From an uncultured Holophagales bacterium (GTDB lineage: Bacteria; Acidobacteriota; Thermoanaerobaculia; Multivoradales; UBA5704): a DNA stretch of 64,000 bases. The stretch covers positions 448,001 to 512,000 of the forward strand of contig CAWJGT010000034.1 in NCBI GenBank assembly GCA_963842525.1, given 5' to 3'. Numbering within the stretch: the stretch's first letter is position 1; each line of letters begins with the position of its first letter. Below, piece by piece: positions 1-14,163 of this stretch. The position numbers and the translations under genes were made by a program. Under the pieces are notes generated by a model. The model was not told where the DNA came from, made no database searches, and worked only from the letters and a program-made list of their open reading frames with translations.

Positions 1-161
1 TCTGAGCCTGCGGCAGTGATGGGGAGCCAGAGGCATGGGACGCGCAGCCTCCGCCACGGGCGGAGAGGTCCAGAGGCTCGTATGCTCGCAGCGGCATCCC
101 TGTGCTAGCCTTTCCGTCAACGCTTCGTTGCCGGCGTCACTCCGTATCCAGGGAGGTCCCG

Positions 162-2972
162 ATGAGACAGACGTGCCGTTGCCTGCTGCTCGGTTTCCTG
201 CTGCTCCCTCTGGCCACGGCTTCGTGGTCCCAGACGACGGGGGGCATCGTCGGCCGTGCCACCGACCCGGAGGGGGCGGTGCTGCCCGGGGTGACGGTCG
301 AGGCGCGCGGGCCTTCGCTCCAGGGCTCCCGGGTGGTCACGACCGACGAGACCGGGACCTATCGCCTCACCCTGCTCCCCCCCGGCGAGTACACGGTGAG
401 CTTCGCACTCGAAGGGTTTGCCGCCGACAACCGCGAGCAGGTGGCCGTGGGCCTCGACCGCGACACGGTGCTCAACCCGGTGCTGCGCCCGGCCATGGCC
501 GAGGAGATCACCGTCACCGGGGAGGTGCCGGTGGTCGACACCACCGCGACCGCGCTCGGCGCGAACCTGGACCAGCGCACCATCGAGAGCCTGCCGACGG
601 GGCGCAACTATTCGTCGGTCGTCCAGATCGCCCCGGGCGTCTCTTCCGATGCGCATCCGGAAAACACCTCGCAGGGGTCGATCACCGTGTACGGCTCGAC
701 CGGCGCGGAGAACGTCTTCTATGTGGACGGGGTGAACACCACGGGCGTCGAATACGGCTTCCAGGGCAAGGAGCTGAACTTCGAGTTCATCCAGGCGATC
801 GACGTCAAGACCGGCGGCTATGAGGCGGAGCTCGGACGCTCGACAGGCGGCATCATCAACGTCATCACCAAGTCGGGCGGCAACGAGCTCCATGGCGACG
901 TCTTCGGCTACTACGACGCCGACGACCTGCAGAGCAGCGCCGACCCGGTGGTCTCGACCGGCGGCACGACCGCCGGCTTCACCCGTGAGGACTACGGGCT
1001 CGACCTGGGCGGCTATTTCGTGAAGGACAAGCTCTGGTTCTTCGCCGCCTACGACCGGGTGTCGAACTCGCTCGACAGCTCCCTGCCGGCCGGACCGCTC
1101 GAGGGGCAGATCGTCACGTCCGAGAGCGATCGCGACCTCGCGGCATTCAAGCTGACCTGGCTGCTGACGAGCAACCACTCGCTGGTCGGGACCTTTTTCC
1201 AGGACCCGCGGGATGACACGGGTGCGATCAACGACGCGCAGCACACCCTGAACGGCGAGCCCTCGACCTATGAGGGCGTGCGCAGCTTCGGCGGCAAGGA
1301 CTACGCCTTGCGCTACGACGGCCTCGCCGGCTCGGCCTGGGTGTTCTCGGCGCAGGCTGCCCAGCACCAGGAGGAGAACTCGGTCGCGCCGGCCACGGCG
1401 GAAGGCGACACGATCCAGTACAGGATCGTGGACAGCAATTTCTTCCAGACCGGCGGCTTCGGCCTGATCCAGGACAAGGCGTTCGACCGCGACTTCTACG
1501 GCGCCTCCGCGACCCGCTACCTGGGGTCGCACGAGGTCAAGGGCGGGCTCGAATACGAGACGGAGTCCGCGGACGTGGTCCGCCGCTATTCAGGCGGCCA
1601 GCAGGTGGACGTCTTCGCCAATCTGGTGAACCCGAGCCAGCCGATCTACCAGCACTTCTACTGGACCACGCCCACGGCCACGGTCGGCAATGCGCCGGTC
1701 TCGGCCCTGATCGCCGCGCCCGAGCACAAGGTCACCACGGTCTACCTCCAGGACCGCTGGTCGCTGCGGCCCAACCTGACGTTCAATTTCGGTGTGCGCT
1801 GGGACCGGCAGGAGATCTTCGACGCCTCGGGCGAGAAGCGGATCGACCTCAAGGACGACTATGCGCCGCGCCTCGGCTTCATCTGGGATCCCAAGGGGGA
1901 CGCGCGCTCGAAGGTCTTCGGGTCCTACGGCCGGTACTACGAGCAGCTCCCCATGGACCTGGTCATCCGCTCCTTCTCCTTTGAGCGGCAGACGCGCATC
2001 TTCAACTACAGCCCGACGAGCACGACTCCCGATCCGCAGGCCGAAGCGGACATCGACGACGAATCGACCATCTTCGGCGGCTTCACCGAGCCGGTGGATC
2101 CCAACCTCGAAAACCAGTTCATCAACGAATATCTGCTGGGGTATGAGCGCGAGGTGATGCCCGACATGGCACTGGGGGTCAAGGCGATCTATCGCGATTT
2201 TGGCCAGGTGATCGAGGACTTCCTCTGCGCCGACGACGGCACCTACTGCATCGGCAATCCGGGCGAGGGATTGATGAGCCGGGTTTTTACGCTCGACTAT
2301 GCCCAGACCTTCGAGGCTCCCAAGGCGAAGCGGGTCTTCAAGGGGGTGCAGGTCGATCTCCAGAAGCGGCGATCGAAGAATTGGCAGGGGCTCGCGTCCT
2401 ATCTCTACTCCAAGCTCGAAGGGAACTTCGACGGCCTGTACGCCCCGTTCACCAACATCGGGCCGGACCCGAACATCACGGCGGCCTACGACTACTTCGA
2501 CTTCTTCACCAACGGCAGCGACCTGTCGCGGATCACCAACACGGGGCCGCTGTCGAACGACCGGCGCCATCAATTCAAGCTGTCGGGGGTCTACTTCACC
2601 CCGTGGAAGCTGTCGGTCGGCGCCTCGGCTTACTGGCGCTCGGGCACGCCGGTCACCCGCTACGGCTATTCGGACATCTACGGCCGCTACGAGTTCTTCC
2701 TCTCCCGCCGCGGCGCCGAGGGGCGCACGCCGGACAACTACGAGGCGGACCTCCACCTCGGCTATCCGCTCGACGTAGGGCCGGCGTCGATCAACTTCCT
2801 GGTGGATGTTTTCAATATTCTGAACGCCCAGCGGGCGGTCCTGGTCGACCAGCGGTGGGGCTTCCAGGAGGCGGATAACGCCTTGCCCTCCCCCACAAAT
2901 CCAGGCTACAAGCAGCCGGTCCTGCGAACGCCGCCGACCTCGTTCCGGCTGGGGGTGCGCGTCAGCTTCTGA
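162..2972 (+). CDS. TonB-dependent receptor, Oar-like, with N-terminal carboxypeptidase-regulatory-like domain
   Basis: Signal peptide (MRQTCRCLLLGFLLLPLATASWSQ) after GGAGG RBS; GAVLPGVTV..TDETGTYRLTLLPPGEYTV..LEGF domain; plug motifs (IDVKTGGYEAELGRSTGGIINVITKSG); C-terminal beta-signal LGVRVSF. Confidence 0.92.
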   Translation: MRQTCRCLLLGFLLLPLATASWSQTTGGIVGRATDPEGAVLPGVTVEARGPSLQGSRVVTTDETGTYRLTLLPPGEYTVSFALEGFAADNREQVAVGLDRDTVLNPVLRPAMAEEITVTGEVPVVDTTATALGANLDQRTIESLPTGRNYSSVVQIAPGVSSDAHPENTSQGSITVYGSTGAENVFYVDGVNTTGVEYGFQGKELNFEFIQAIDVKTGGYEAELGRSTGGIINVITKSGGNELHGDVFGYYDADDLQSSADPVVSTGGTTAGFTREDYGLDLGGYFVKDKLWFFAAYDRVSNSLDSSLPAGPLEGQIVTSESDRDLAAFKLTWLLTSNHSLVGTFFQDPRDDTGAINDAQHTLNGEPSTYEGVRSFGGKDYALRYDGLAGSAWVFSAQAAQHQEENSVAPATAEGDTIQYRIVDSNFFQTGGFGLIQDKAFDRDFYGASATRYLGSHEVKGGLEYETESADVVRRYSGGQQVDVFANLVNPSQPIYQHFYWTTPTATVGNAPVSALIAAPEHKVTTVYLQDRWSLRPNLTFNFGVRWDRQEIFDASGEKRIDLKDDYAPRLGFIWDPKGDARSKVFGSYGRYYEQLPMDLVIRSFSFERQTRIFNYSPTSTTPDPQAEADIDDESTIFGGFTEPVDPNLENQFINEYLLGYEREVMPDMALGVKAIYRDFGQVIEDFLCADDGTYCIGNPGEGLMSRVFTLDYAQTFEAPKAKRVFKGVQVDLQKRRSKNWQGLASYLYSKLEGNFDGLYAPFTNIGPDPNITAAYDYFDFFTNGSDLSRITNTGPLSNDRRHQFKLSGVYFTPWKLSVGASAYWRSGTPVTRYGYSDIYGRYEFFLSRRGAEGRTPDNYEADLHLGYPLDVGPASINFLVDVFNILNAQRAVLVDQRWGFQEADNALPSPTNPGYKQPVLRTPPTSFRLGVRVSF

Positions 2973-2976
2973 GAGC

Positions 2977-3005
2977 TTGACAATTTATAGATCTCCTGCT
3001 ATATA
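2977..3005 (+). promoter_or_regulatory. sigma70-like promoter TTGACA-17bp-TATATA
   Basis: AT-rich patch in a GC-rich genome: ttgaca(2977-2982) atttatagatctcctgc tatata(3000-3005), with TG extended -10. Only a gene remnant follows. Confidence 0.5.
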
Positions 3006-3009
3006 GGCC

Positions 3010-3240
3010 CGCACGAGCGGGCTCACGCTGCTCCAGGAGGTGAGCGTCGGCACCATCTCGACGAGCACCTTCCATACGCTCGCCCTGGTCTTCGAGGGAA
3101 ACCGGATCTCGCTGGTCTACAACGGCTCGACGCTCGCGCAGGTCAACGACTCCACCGCCGGCCACCTCCTCGGCGGGATCGATCACGGGGATCACCTCGG
3201 GAGGAAACTCGGTGACCTACACGACCGAGACGATCAAGGG
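3010..3240 (+). pseudogene. Gene remnant, beta-sandwich (ConA/DUF1080-like) fragment
   Basis: Reads ..VGTISTSTFHTLALVFEGNRISLVYNGSTLAQVNDST..GGI, resembling a lectin-like beta-sandwich end. No convincing N-terminus. Confidence 0.35.
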
Positions 3241-3242
3241 GG

Positions 3243-4182
3243 TCAGCTATGCGGTGTTTGCGGGTGCGGCGGGGACGTATTCGGTGACGTACGCGCCGTA
3301 GGGCGCACCGACACCGCCACGCCCACGATGACCAGGGCCGCGCCCATCATCACCCGGAGGGTGATGGGCTCGTCCATGAAGACGCTGCCGACGATCACGG
3401 CGACGACCGGGACGGCGTAGTTGATCAGCGAGAGCCCGGTCGCCGTGTGGCGCTTGAGGAGCCAGAAGTAGACGGTGAAAGGAAAGGCGGAGCCGACCAG
3501 GCCGAGGTAGAACAGGGCGAGCGACCGGCCGCGGGGAGAAAGTCACCTCGCGGCCGGCTTCGGCGACCCGGGAGATCGGTCCCAGGGCCAGGGCGCAGAG
3601 GCCCATGGGCACCGCCGCGGTCGAGAGCGGGTGGATCCCCGCGCCCCACTTCTTGACCGACACGCTGCCGATCGCCGAGAAGACCGGGCAGAGCAGCAAC
3701 ACCGACGCCGCGAAAGCCACCTTCGGGCCGAGCAGCGCCCGGAAATCCTCCGAGAAGATCACCGCCACCCCTGCGAAGCCGATCAGCACGCCGACGGCGC
3801 CGCGCCGCGTGAGCTGCTCGCCGGGCAGCGCAAAGTGAGCGATCACGGCCACGATCAACGGGAACGTCGCGAAGAGGACCGCGGCGAGCCCCGAGGGCAC
3901 CCACTGCTCCGCCCAGTAGAGGAGGCTGTAGGAAAGGCAAAAGGTGAAGAGGCCGTTGGTGATCCAGACCGCCCACTCGCGCCGGCTGTTCCCCAGGCGG
4001 ACCTTGAAGACCGGAAAGAGGGCGAGCAGGGCCGCCGCGGCGATGCCGAAGCGCAGGGCCACGCCGGTCAGCGGCGGGATGCCTTCGAGGCTGATCCGGA
4101 TGGCCGCCCAGGTGGTCCCCCAGATGAGGACCAGGATGGCCAGAGCGGCCCAGGTCCTCCACTTCTGCCCCTCGGCCGTCAC
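3243..4182 (-). CDS. EamA/DMT family transporter (apparent frameshift near 3525)
   Basis: LIWGTTWAAIRI..ALRFGIAA..GLAAVLFATFPL; after the shift it continues LFYLGLVGSAFPFTVYFWLLKR..INYAVPVVAVIVG..EPITLR to TGA at 3243. Confidence 0.85.
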
Positions 4183-4188
4183 ATTGTC

Positions 4189-5517
4189 CTACGGATAGAT
4201 CTTGTACAGCATCCGCGGATAGGGAATGGTCTCGCGCAGGTGCGACAGGCCGCACATCCAGGCGACGAAGCGCTCGATGCCCATGCCGAAGCCGCTGTGC
4301 GGGAAGGCGCCGTACTTGCGGAGGTCCAGGTACCACTGGAACGCCTCGACCGGCAGGTTGTGCTGGTGGATGCGCTCCAGCAGCAGGTCGTGGTCGTGGA
4401 TCCTCTGGCTGCCGCCGATGATCTCGCCATAGCCCTCCGGCGCGATCAGGTCGACGCCGAGGACGAGCTTCGGGTCTTCCGGATCGGGTTGCATGTAGAA
4501 CGCCTTGAAGGCGGCCGGGAAGCGCGTGACCATCACCGGCCGGTTGAACTGGCTGGCGAGGATCGTCTCCTCGTCGCCGCCGAAGTCGTCGCCCCACTGG
4601 ATGGGGTTGCCTTCGCGGTTGAGGATCTCGACCGCCTGCGTGTAGGTGATGCGCGGGAACCCGGGCTGCACCTGCTCCAGCTTCGTGGTGTCGCGCTCCA
4701 GGATCTTGAGCTCTTCCTTGCAGCGCTCGAGGACCCGGCCGGTCAGGTAGACCACGAGCTCCTCGGTCAGGTCGCAGAGGCCCTCGAACTCCAGGAAGGC
4801 CACCTCGGGCTCCACCATCCAGAACTCCATGAGGTGGCGGCGGGTCTTGGACTTCTCGGCGCGGAAGGTCGGGCCGAAGCAGTAGACCTTGCCCAGGGCC
4901 GCGGCGGCAGGTTCCAGGTAGAGCTGGCCGGACTGGCTGAGGTACGCCTTGTCGCCGAAATAGTCGGTCTCGAAGAGGGTCGAGGTCCCCTCGCAGGCCG
5001 CGGGGGTGAGGATCGGCGAGTCGATCAACGTGAAGTCGCGGTCGTAGAAGAAATCGCGGATCGCCTGCTCCACCTCGTTGCGCACCCGGAGGGCGGCGCG
5101 CTGGCGGCTGGAGCGCAGCCACAGGTGGCGGTGCTCCATCAGGAACGCGGTGCCATGCTCTTTCGGCGTGATCGGGAAGTTCTCGGTCAGGTAGAGGATC
5201 TGGAAGCTCGCGAGCTGGACCTCGACGCCGATCGGCGACCGCTTGTCCTCCTTGACCCGGCCGGTGACCCTGACGGTCGACTCCTGGGTGGCACGCTCGA
5301 TCTCGGCCCAGGACTCGGGCGAGACGTCGTTACGGCCGGCGACGCCCTGGACGGTGCTGCCGCCGATGCGGATCTGCAGGAACGCGATCTTGCCGCTGGA
5401 GCGCTTGTTGTCCACCCAGCCGTTGAGGAGGACCTCCTCGCCGATGTGGCGTTTCAGGGCGCGGACGGAATCGACGTGGACAGGCGCGGTCGTGGTTGTT
5501 GAGATGGGCTCGCTCAT
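4189..5517 (-). CDS. asnS: Asparagine--tRNA ligase
   Basis: OB fold ([16 protein letters not shown]), motif 2 [33 protein letters not shown], motif 3 [12 protein letters not shown]. Confidence 0.95.
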   Translation of the reverse strand: MSEPISTTTTAPVHVDSVRALKRHIGEEVLLNGWVDNKRSSGKIAFLQIRIGGSTVQGVAGRNDVSPESWAEIERATQESTVRVTGRVKEDKRSPIGVEVQLASFQILYLTENFPITPKEHGTAFLMEHRHLWLRSSRQRAALRVRNEVEQAIRDFFYDRDFTLIDSPILTPAACEGTSTLFETDYFGDKAYLSQSGQLYLEPAAAALGKVYCFGPTFRAEKSKTRRHLMEFWMVEPEVAFLEFEGLCDLTEELVVYLTGRVLERCKEELKILERDTTKLEQVQPGFPRITYTQAVEILNREGNPIQWGDDFGGDEETILASQFNRPVMVTRFPAAFKAFYMQPDPEDPKLVLGVDLIAPEGYGEIIGGSQRIHDHDLLLERIHQHNLPVEAFQWYLDLRKYGAFPHSGFGMGIERFVAWMCGLSHLRETIPYPRMLYKIYP

Positions 5518-5548
5518 AGGAGGCGGGATTCTAGCATTTGATCCCGAT

Positions 5549-5582
5549 CCCCTCACCCCGACCCTCTCCCCAGGGAGAGGGA
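5549..5582. repeat. REP-like hairpin (CCCTCACCCC..CCCTCTCCC..GGGAGAGGG family)
   Basis: cccctcaccccgaccctctccccagggagaggga between rnc and asnS; same family as 11073-11323 and 39083-39113. Confidence 0.7.
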
Positions 5583-5594
5583 GCCACGCACGCC

Positions 5595-6308
5595 CTACGG
5601 CGTCGATTGGCTGGAGACGCGCGCCAGGGCCTCGGCGGCGGCCTTCTGCTCCGCGGACTTCTTGCTGGGCCCCTCGCCGCAGCCGGCGAGCTCGCCCGCG
5701 ATCCAGCACTCGATGGTGAAGACCTTGCTGTGGTCGGGGCCGGCCTCGCGGGTGAGCCGGTAGTCGGGCAGGTCCCAGCCCAGAGCCTGGGTGACCTCCT
5801 GAAGCTGCGTCTTGGCGTCCGCGGCGAGAAGCTGGGCCAACTGGGCCGGCGCTTCGCCCGCGTCCTCCAGCATCGGCAGGATGACCTGCCGGGCCGCGTC
5901 GAGGCCGGCGTCGAGGAAGACCGCTCCGAAGACGGCCTCCAGGGCGGCTTCGAGAATGGAGGCCTTGTTCCGCCCGCCCGACCGGTCCTCCCCCACTCCG
6001 ATCCGCAGCTCCTGTCCGAGCCCGATCTGTTGGGCGTAGCGCGCCAGAGATGGCCGGCTGACGAGTTGGGCCTTGCGCTTGGCAAGCTCGCCCTCGGGCA
6101 GCTCGGGGTTGTTGTGGTACAGCCATTCGGCGGTGACCAGGCCGAGCACCGCGTCGCCGAGAAGCTCCAGCCGCTCGTAGTTCTCCGGCATCCCCTGCTC
6201 ATTGGCCCACGAGCGATGCGTGAGCGCCAGCTCCAGCAGATCCTGCCGCTTGAACCGGTGCCCGATGCGGGTCTCCAGGGCGGTGGCGGGGCGGCGACCG
6301 AAGAGCAT
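5595..6308 (-). CDS. rnc: Ribonuclease III
   Basis: [20 protein letters not shown] signature, [11 protein letters not shown], dsRBD ([30 protein letters not shown]). Confidence 0.95.
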   Translation of the reverse strand: MLFGRRPATALETRIGHRFKRQDLLELALTHRSWANEQGMPENYERLELLGDAVLGLVTAEWLYHNNPELPEGELAKRKAQLVSRPSLARYAQQIGLGQELRIGVGEDRSGGRNKASILEAALEAVFGAVFLDAGLDAARQVILPMLEDAGEAPAQLAQLLAADAKTQLQEVTQALGWDLPDYRLTREAGPDHSKVFTIECWIAGELAGCGEGPSKKSAEQKAAAEALARVSSQSTP

Positions 6309-6321
6309 GAGAGGAATGGTA

Positions 6322-6726
6322 TCAGCCGGAGGCAAAGTCCCTGGGGTGGACGGCAGGAGGCGTGAACTCCGTCAAGATATCGCGATCGGTTGTGACCAGC
6401 GGAAGATCCAGTTGACGGGCCAAGGCGACGAACTCGCAGTCATAGGCCGAGCACTGCGAGCTCGAAGCCAACCCGAGGATCTGGGACGACTCGACATGGA
6501 ACTCGCCACCGCGGAGCAGATCCTCCGCTTCGCGGACGAGCTGCAACGCCTCACCGAGCGAGAGCAGCCTCCTGCGCATGTAGGTCGCCAGCACATTCCG
6601 GAACTCGCTCCGCCAGAGGAGCGGAGCGACCCAGGCCGGGTCCTTCCGCAACACGGCACGGGCAGGTGCACTGTGCTCTCCCTGGATCAGAAGGTAGGCG
6701 ATCAAGTTGGTGTCAACGACGATCAC
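6322..6726 (-). CDS. VapC/PIN-domain toxin
   Basis: MIVVDTNLIAY..SEFRNVL..SAYDCEFVALA..LVTTD; ATGA overlap with the upstream antitoxin. Confidence 0.9.
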   Translation of the reverse strand: MIVVDTNLIAYLLIQGEHSAPARAVLRKDPAWVAPLLWRSEFRNVLATYMRRRLLSLGEALQLVREAEDLLRGGEFHVESSQILGLASSSQCSAYDCEFVALARQLDLPLVTTDRDILTEFTPPAVHPRDFASG

Positions 6727-6965
6727 GGCCGCCCTTCCGCCTTGGCCTTCTTCAGGATCTCGTCGGTCAGAGGTGGAAGCGAGATCCGCTTCTGAAGGGA
6801 GTCGATGCGTGCGAGGAATGCCTCGGGGTCAATGCGCCGGCTCTGGAGGGAGCGCTCCAGGCAGACGATCACCTCGCTGTTTATGCTGCGGTGGTTCTCC
6901 GTCGCGCTCTCCTTGAGGCGCTCGTAGAGAGGCTCGGGGATTGCTTTGATCGTCAGCGTCGGCAT
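6723..6965 (-). CDS. Arc/FitA-like ribbon-helix-helix antitoxin
   Basis: MPTLTIKAIPEPLYERLKESATENHRSINSEVIVCLE; upstream repeated tggaaccat-like operator motifs at 6983-7012. Confidence 0.88.
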   Translation of the reverse strand: MPTLTIKAIPEPLYERLKESATENHRSINSEVIVCLERSLQSRRIDPEAFLARIDSLQKRISLPPLTDEILKKAKAEGRP

Positions 6966-7035
6966 GTGAGCCTCCTCCCAAGGTTCCATCCTGGAACCAT
7001 CCTGGAATCCATTTTACCTCAGCAGCTCCGGGCGT

Positions 7036-8856
<1,821 letters not shown>

Positions 8857-8935
8857 CCACGGGATTGTACAGGGGGAAGAAGTCGCGCAGGGGCGGATAT
8901 GTTCGCTGTATACTTTCCTCCGACTGGAGCTGATC

Positions 8936-9169
8936 ATGACGACGAAGCTGACCCTGGACGTGGAAGACAACCTCATCCGCTTCGGAGAAGAGTGGGCCCG
9001 GAATCGTGGGAAGTCTCTTTCGAGCCTTTTTGCCGATTACCTGAGCACCCTGGAGAAGTTCACCCTCGATGAGCAGGAGCTTCCCCCCATCACTCGCCGG
9101 TTGCTCGGGGTCGCCAGCGGAGTTGATGAGGAGGACTACCGACGCTATCTTGAAGAGAAGCATCGTTGA
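8936..9169 (+). CDS. DUF6364-like antitoxin
   Basis: MTTKLTLDVEDNLIRFGEEWARNRGKSLSSLFADYL..YRRYLEEKHR; overlaps the downstream PIN gene. Confidence 0.8.
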   Translation: MTTKLTLDVEDNLIRFGEEWARNRGKSLSSLFADYLSTLEKFTLDEQELPPITRRLLGVASGVDEEDYRRYLEEKHR

Positions 9170-9594
9170 GAATCCTGTTCGACACTAACGTGGTGCTCGA
9201 TGTAGTGCTCAAGCGGCAACCTTTCTTGGCTCCAGCGGCCCGGCTTGCGGGCAGGGTCGAGCGGAAGGAGTTGGAGGGGGTCCTCGGAGCCACGACCCTG
9301 ACAACTATCTTTTATCTCGTCGAAAAAGCCATGGGCACGAACGTGGCCCGTGAGACAGTCCGCGATCTTCTGGCACTCTTTCAGATAGCAAAAGTAGACC
9401 AACAGGTGCTTGAGAGCGCTGTTGCATCACCCCTGGAGGATTTTGAGGATGCGGTTCTCCTCGAGGCAGGGCGTACGGTCGGGGTCGATGTCCTCGTCAC
9501 CCGCAATGCCGACGACTTTCGCGAGGCGACACTGCTTGTGCTATCGCCCGAAGAGTTGGAGGCCTCGTTGACAGTCCTGGAAAACAAGGCCTGA
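9166..9594 (+). CDS. PIN-domain toxin
   Basis: RILFDTNVVLDV..DFEDAV..LVTRNADDF, TTG start. Confidence 0.88.
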   Translation: MRILFDTNVVLDVVLKRQPFLAPAARLAGRVERKELEGVLGATTLTTIFYLVEKAMGTNVARETVRDLLALFQIAKVDQQVLESAVASPLEDFEDAVLLEAGRTVGVDVLVTRNADDFREATLLVLSPEELEASLTVLENKA

Positions 9595-9609
9595 TATCGC
9601 CCCCGTAGC

Positions 9610-10206
9610 CTACCGCCCCGGCTCCTCCCCCCGCCCGAGCCGGATCTGATTGTGGACATCCGACACACCGCGGACGCTGTCGGCGACCGCTTCGGCCAGG
9701 CGCTTGGTCCGGCGGTCCGGGACCGTGCCGGTGAGGGTCACCTCGCAGCCCTCGACCTTGACCTCGATATCTCTCGCATCGATCTGGCCGTGCGCCTCCA
9801 GACGGTCGCAGATCTCCTCGCAGATCCGCTCGTCGGACCGCTTGTAGCCGCGTGGGCCGCGGCCGCGGTGCGGCCCTTCGATATCCCAGGTGAAGGACTC
9901 GACCTCGCCATAGGTGCTGGTGCGCTGATAGTCGTACAGACCTCCCCGGCCCATTCGGGGACGGGAGTCGCGCTCCCCGCCGCCGCGGATATGGACCGCC
10001 GCCTCCTCTGGAGACAGCTCCGGGGCTCCCTGGAGATCTCCCCCTTCGGGTCCGTACTCGTAGCTCCGCTCCCAGTGCTGGTGGCGCTCCGGGTAGTAGG
10101 GACCGGCGTCGTAGCTCCGGTACGCCCTCCCGTAGTTGCCACCGGGGCCGCGGCGCCCGTGATAGATGTCCTGACTGTAGCCGTAGCTCCGCTCTGAATC
10201 GTCCAT
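9610..10206 (-). CDS. BON-domain protein with Tyr/Gly/Arg-rich N-terminus
   Basis: GPHRGRGPRGYKRSDERICEEICDRL..IDARDIEVKVEGCEVTLTGTVPDRRTKRLAE..GVSDVHNQIR. Confidence 0.88.
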   Translation of the reverse strand: MDDSERSYGYSQDIYHGRRGPGGNYGRAYRSYDAGPYYPERHQHWERSYEYGPEGGDLQGAPELSPEEAAVHIRGGGERDSRPRMGRGGLYDYQRTSTYGEVESFTWDIEGPHRGRGPRGYKRSDERICEEICDRLEAHGQIDARDIEVKVEGCEVTLTGTVPDRRTKRLAEAVADSVRGVSDVHNQIRLGRGEEPGR

Positions 10207-10251
10207 CGATCCACCTCCTGGATCGAATGATTTGCAAACAGCGGGCCGACG

Positions 10252-11076
10252 CTACAGAGGAAGGAGCCGGTAGGGCGGGCTCTTCAAGGTCTCGCCGCGG
10301 CGGGCGACGACGAGGGTGTTGCCCCAGGCACGGCGCCAGAGGGGGACCAGACGCAGGGCCTTGCGGAAGAGGCCTCGGAGGCCGCCGGGATCGGGACGGT
10401 GTGGCAGGGTCCGGTGCTCCAGGATCTCCAGGCCGGCTGCGCGCAGGAAACGGACCATCTGCCAGGACTGGGCCACATGGACCGCATCCGCGTCGGGTAC
10501 ATATCCTTCGGTCAGGACCCGCGGCTCGCGGACGGTGTCGAAACGGTGCCGCCGGTCAACGACCGAGACGATCTGGCGGCCGAGGCGGCGGACCGCGACC
10601 TCCACGCGGCGGCCCGGGTCGAGGCTCGGCGGCATCTCGTAAGGGAGATCCCAGGCCGAGCCCACCAGCAGGAGGAGGCCGCCGGGGCGGACGATGCGCG
10701 CAGCTTCGAGCAGGGTCCTGCCCGGCTCGCTGAAGTGCTCCAGGGCAAACGTCGAAAGAACCGCGTCGACGCTCCCGGAGGCAAACGGGAGGCTCTCGCC
10801 ATCTCCGCGCACGCGCAGCCCGGGCCTCCCCCACTCCCCCGCCATGACCAGGGCCGCGGTCGAGACGTCGAAGCCGACGTAACGGCAGACCTCCGGCATC
10901 CAGAGCGCGTTCTCGCACGAGCCGCAGCCGAGATCGACGACCCGTTGGCCCGGCCGCAGATAGCCGAGCAGAAGCTGCCGCTCCGGCGAGGCCTCCGGGT
11001 TGGCTGCCGCAGCCCGTTCGTAGTAGTCGCGGCTCCCGTCCCAGAAGGCGGACAGCCGCCGGCGGGTGTCGAGACC
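10252..11076 (-). CDS. Class I SAM-dependent methyltransferase (start obscured by the adjacent repeat element)
   Basis: The frame stays open upstream of the tracked ORF: LDTRRRLSAFWDGSRDYY..RVVDLGCGS..YVGFDVS..GDGESLPFASGSVDAVLSTFALEHF..RIVRPGG. Confidence 0.8.
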   Translation of the reverse strand, partial: GLDTRRRLSAFWDGSRDYYERAAAANPEASPERQLLLGYLRPGQRVVDLGCGSCENALWMPEVCRYVGFDVSTAALVMAGEWGRPGLRVRGDGESLPFASGSVDAVLSTFALEHFSEPGRTLLEAARIVRPGGLLLLVGSAWDLPYEMPPSLDPGRRVEVAVRRLGRQIVSVVDRRHRFDTVREPRVLTEGYVPDADAVHVAQSWQMVRFLRAAGLEILEHRTLPHRPDPGGLRGLFRKALRLVPLWRRAWGNTLVVARRGETLKSPPYRLLPL

Positions 11077-11321
11077 TCACCCCCTGTCCCCCTCTCCCAT
11101 CGCCCCCCCACCGACCGGGAGAGGGGGGACGGCTTTCCGGGAGGTCATCGAAGCGTCCCGCGCCCCGGGTTGACAACAGGCTCTTCTGAGCCCGGAGGGC
11201 GCCATCTGGTAGCCCAGGGTGTGAACCCTGGGCGTCTTTCGACCTCGAACAGAGGCTCCGCCTGCGTCCCCCCTCTCCCGGTCGGGGGGAGGGCGATGGG
11301 AGAGGGGGACAGGGGGTGAGG

Positions 11322-11323
<2 letters not shown>
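11073..11323. repeat. REPIN/MITE-like element with ~59-bp terminal inverted repeats and an internal hairpin
   Basis: Left arm gacctcaccccctgtccccctctcccatcgccc..gggagaggggggacg (11073-11131) is nearly the reverse complement of 11265-11323; internal gcccagggt-gtga-accctgggc hairpin. Confidence 0.85.
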
Positions 11324-14063
<2,740 letters not shown>

Positions 14064-14163
14064 TGCATCCTCCGTTCCGCCTGAACCGACCAGCGCATCC
14101 GGGGTGGAGACTACCAAAGATCCTCCCCTCTGGCCGCTCGGCCTCAGGGGACGGGATCAACCA

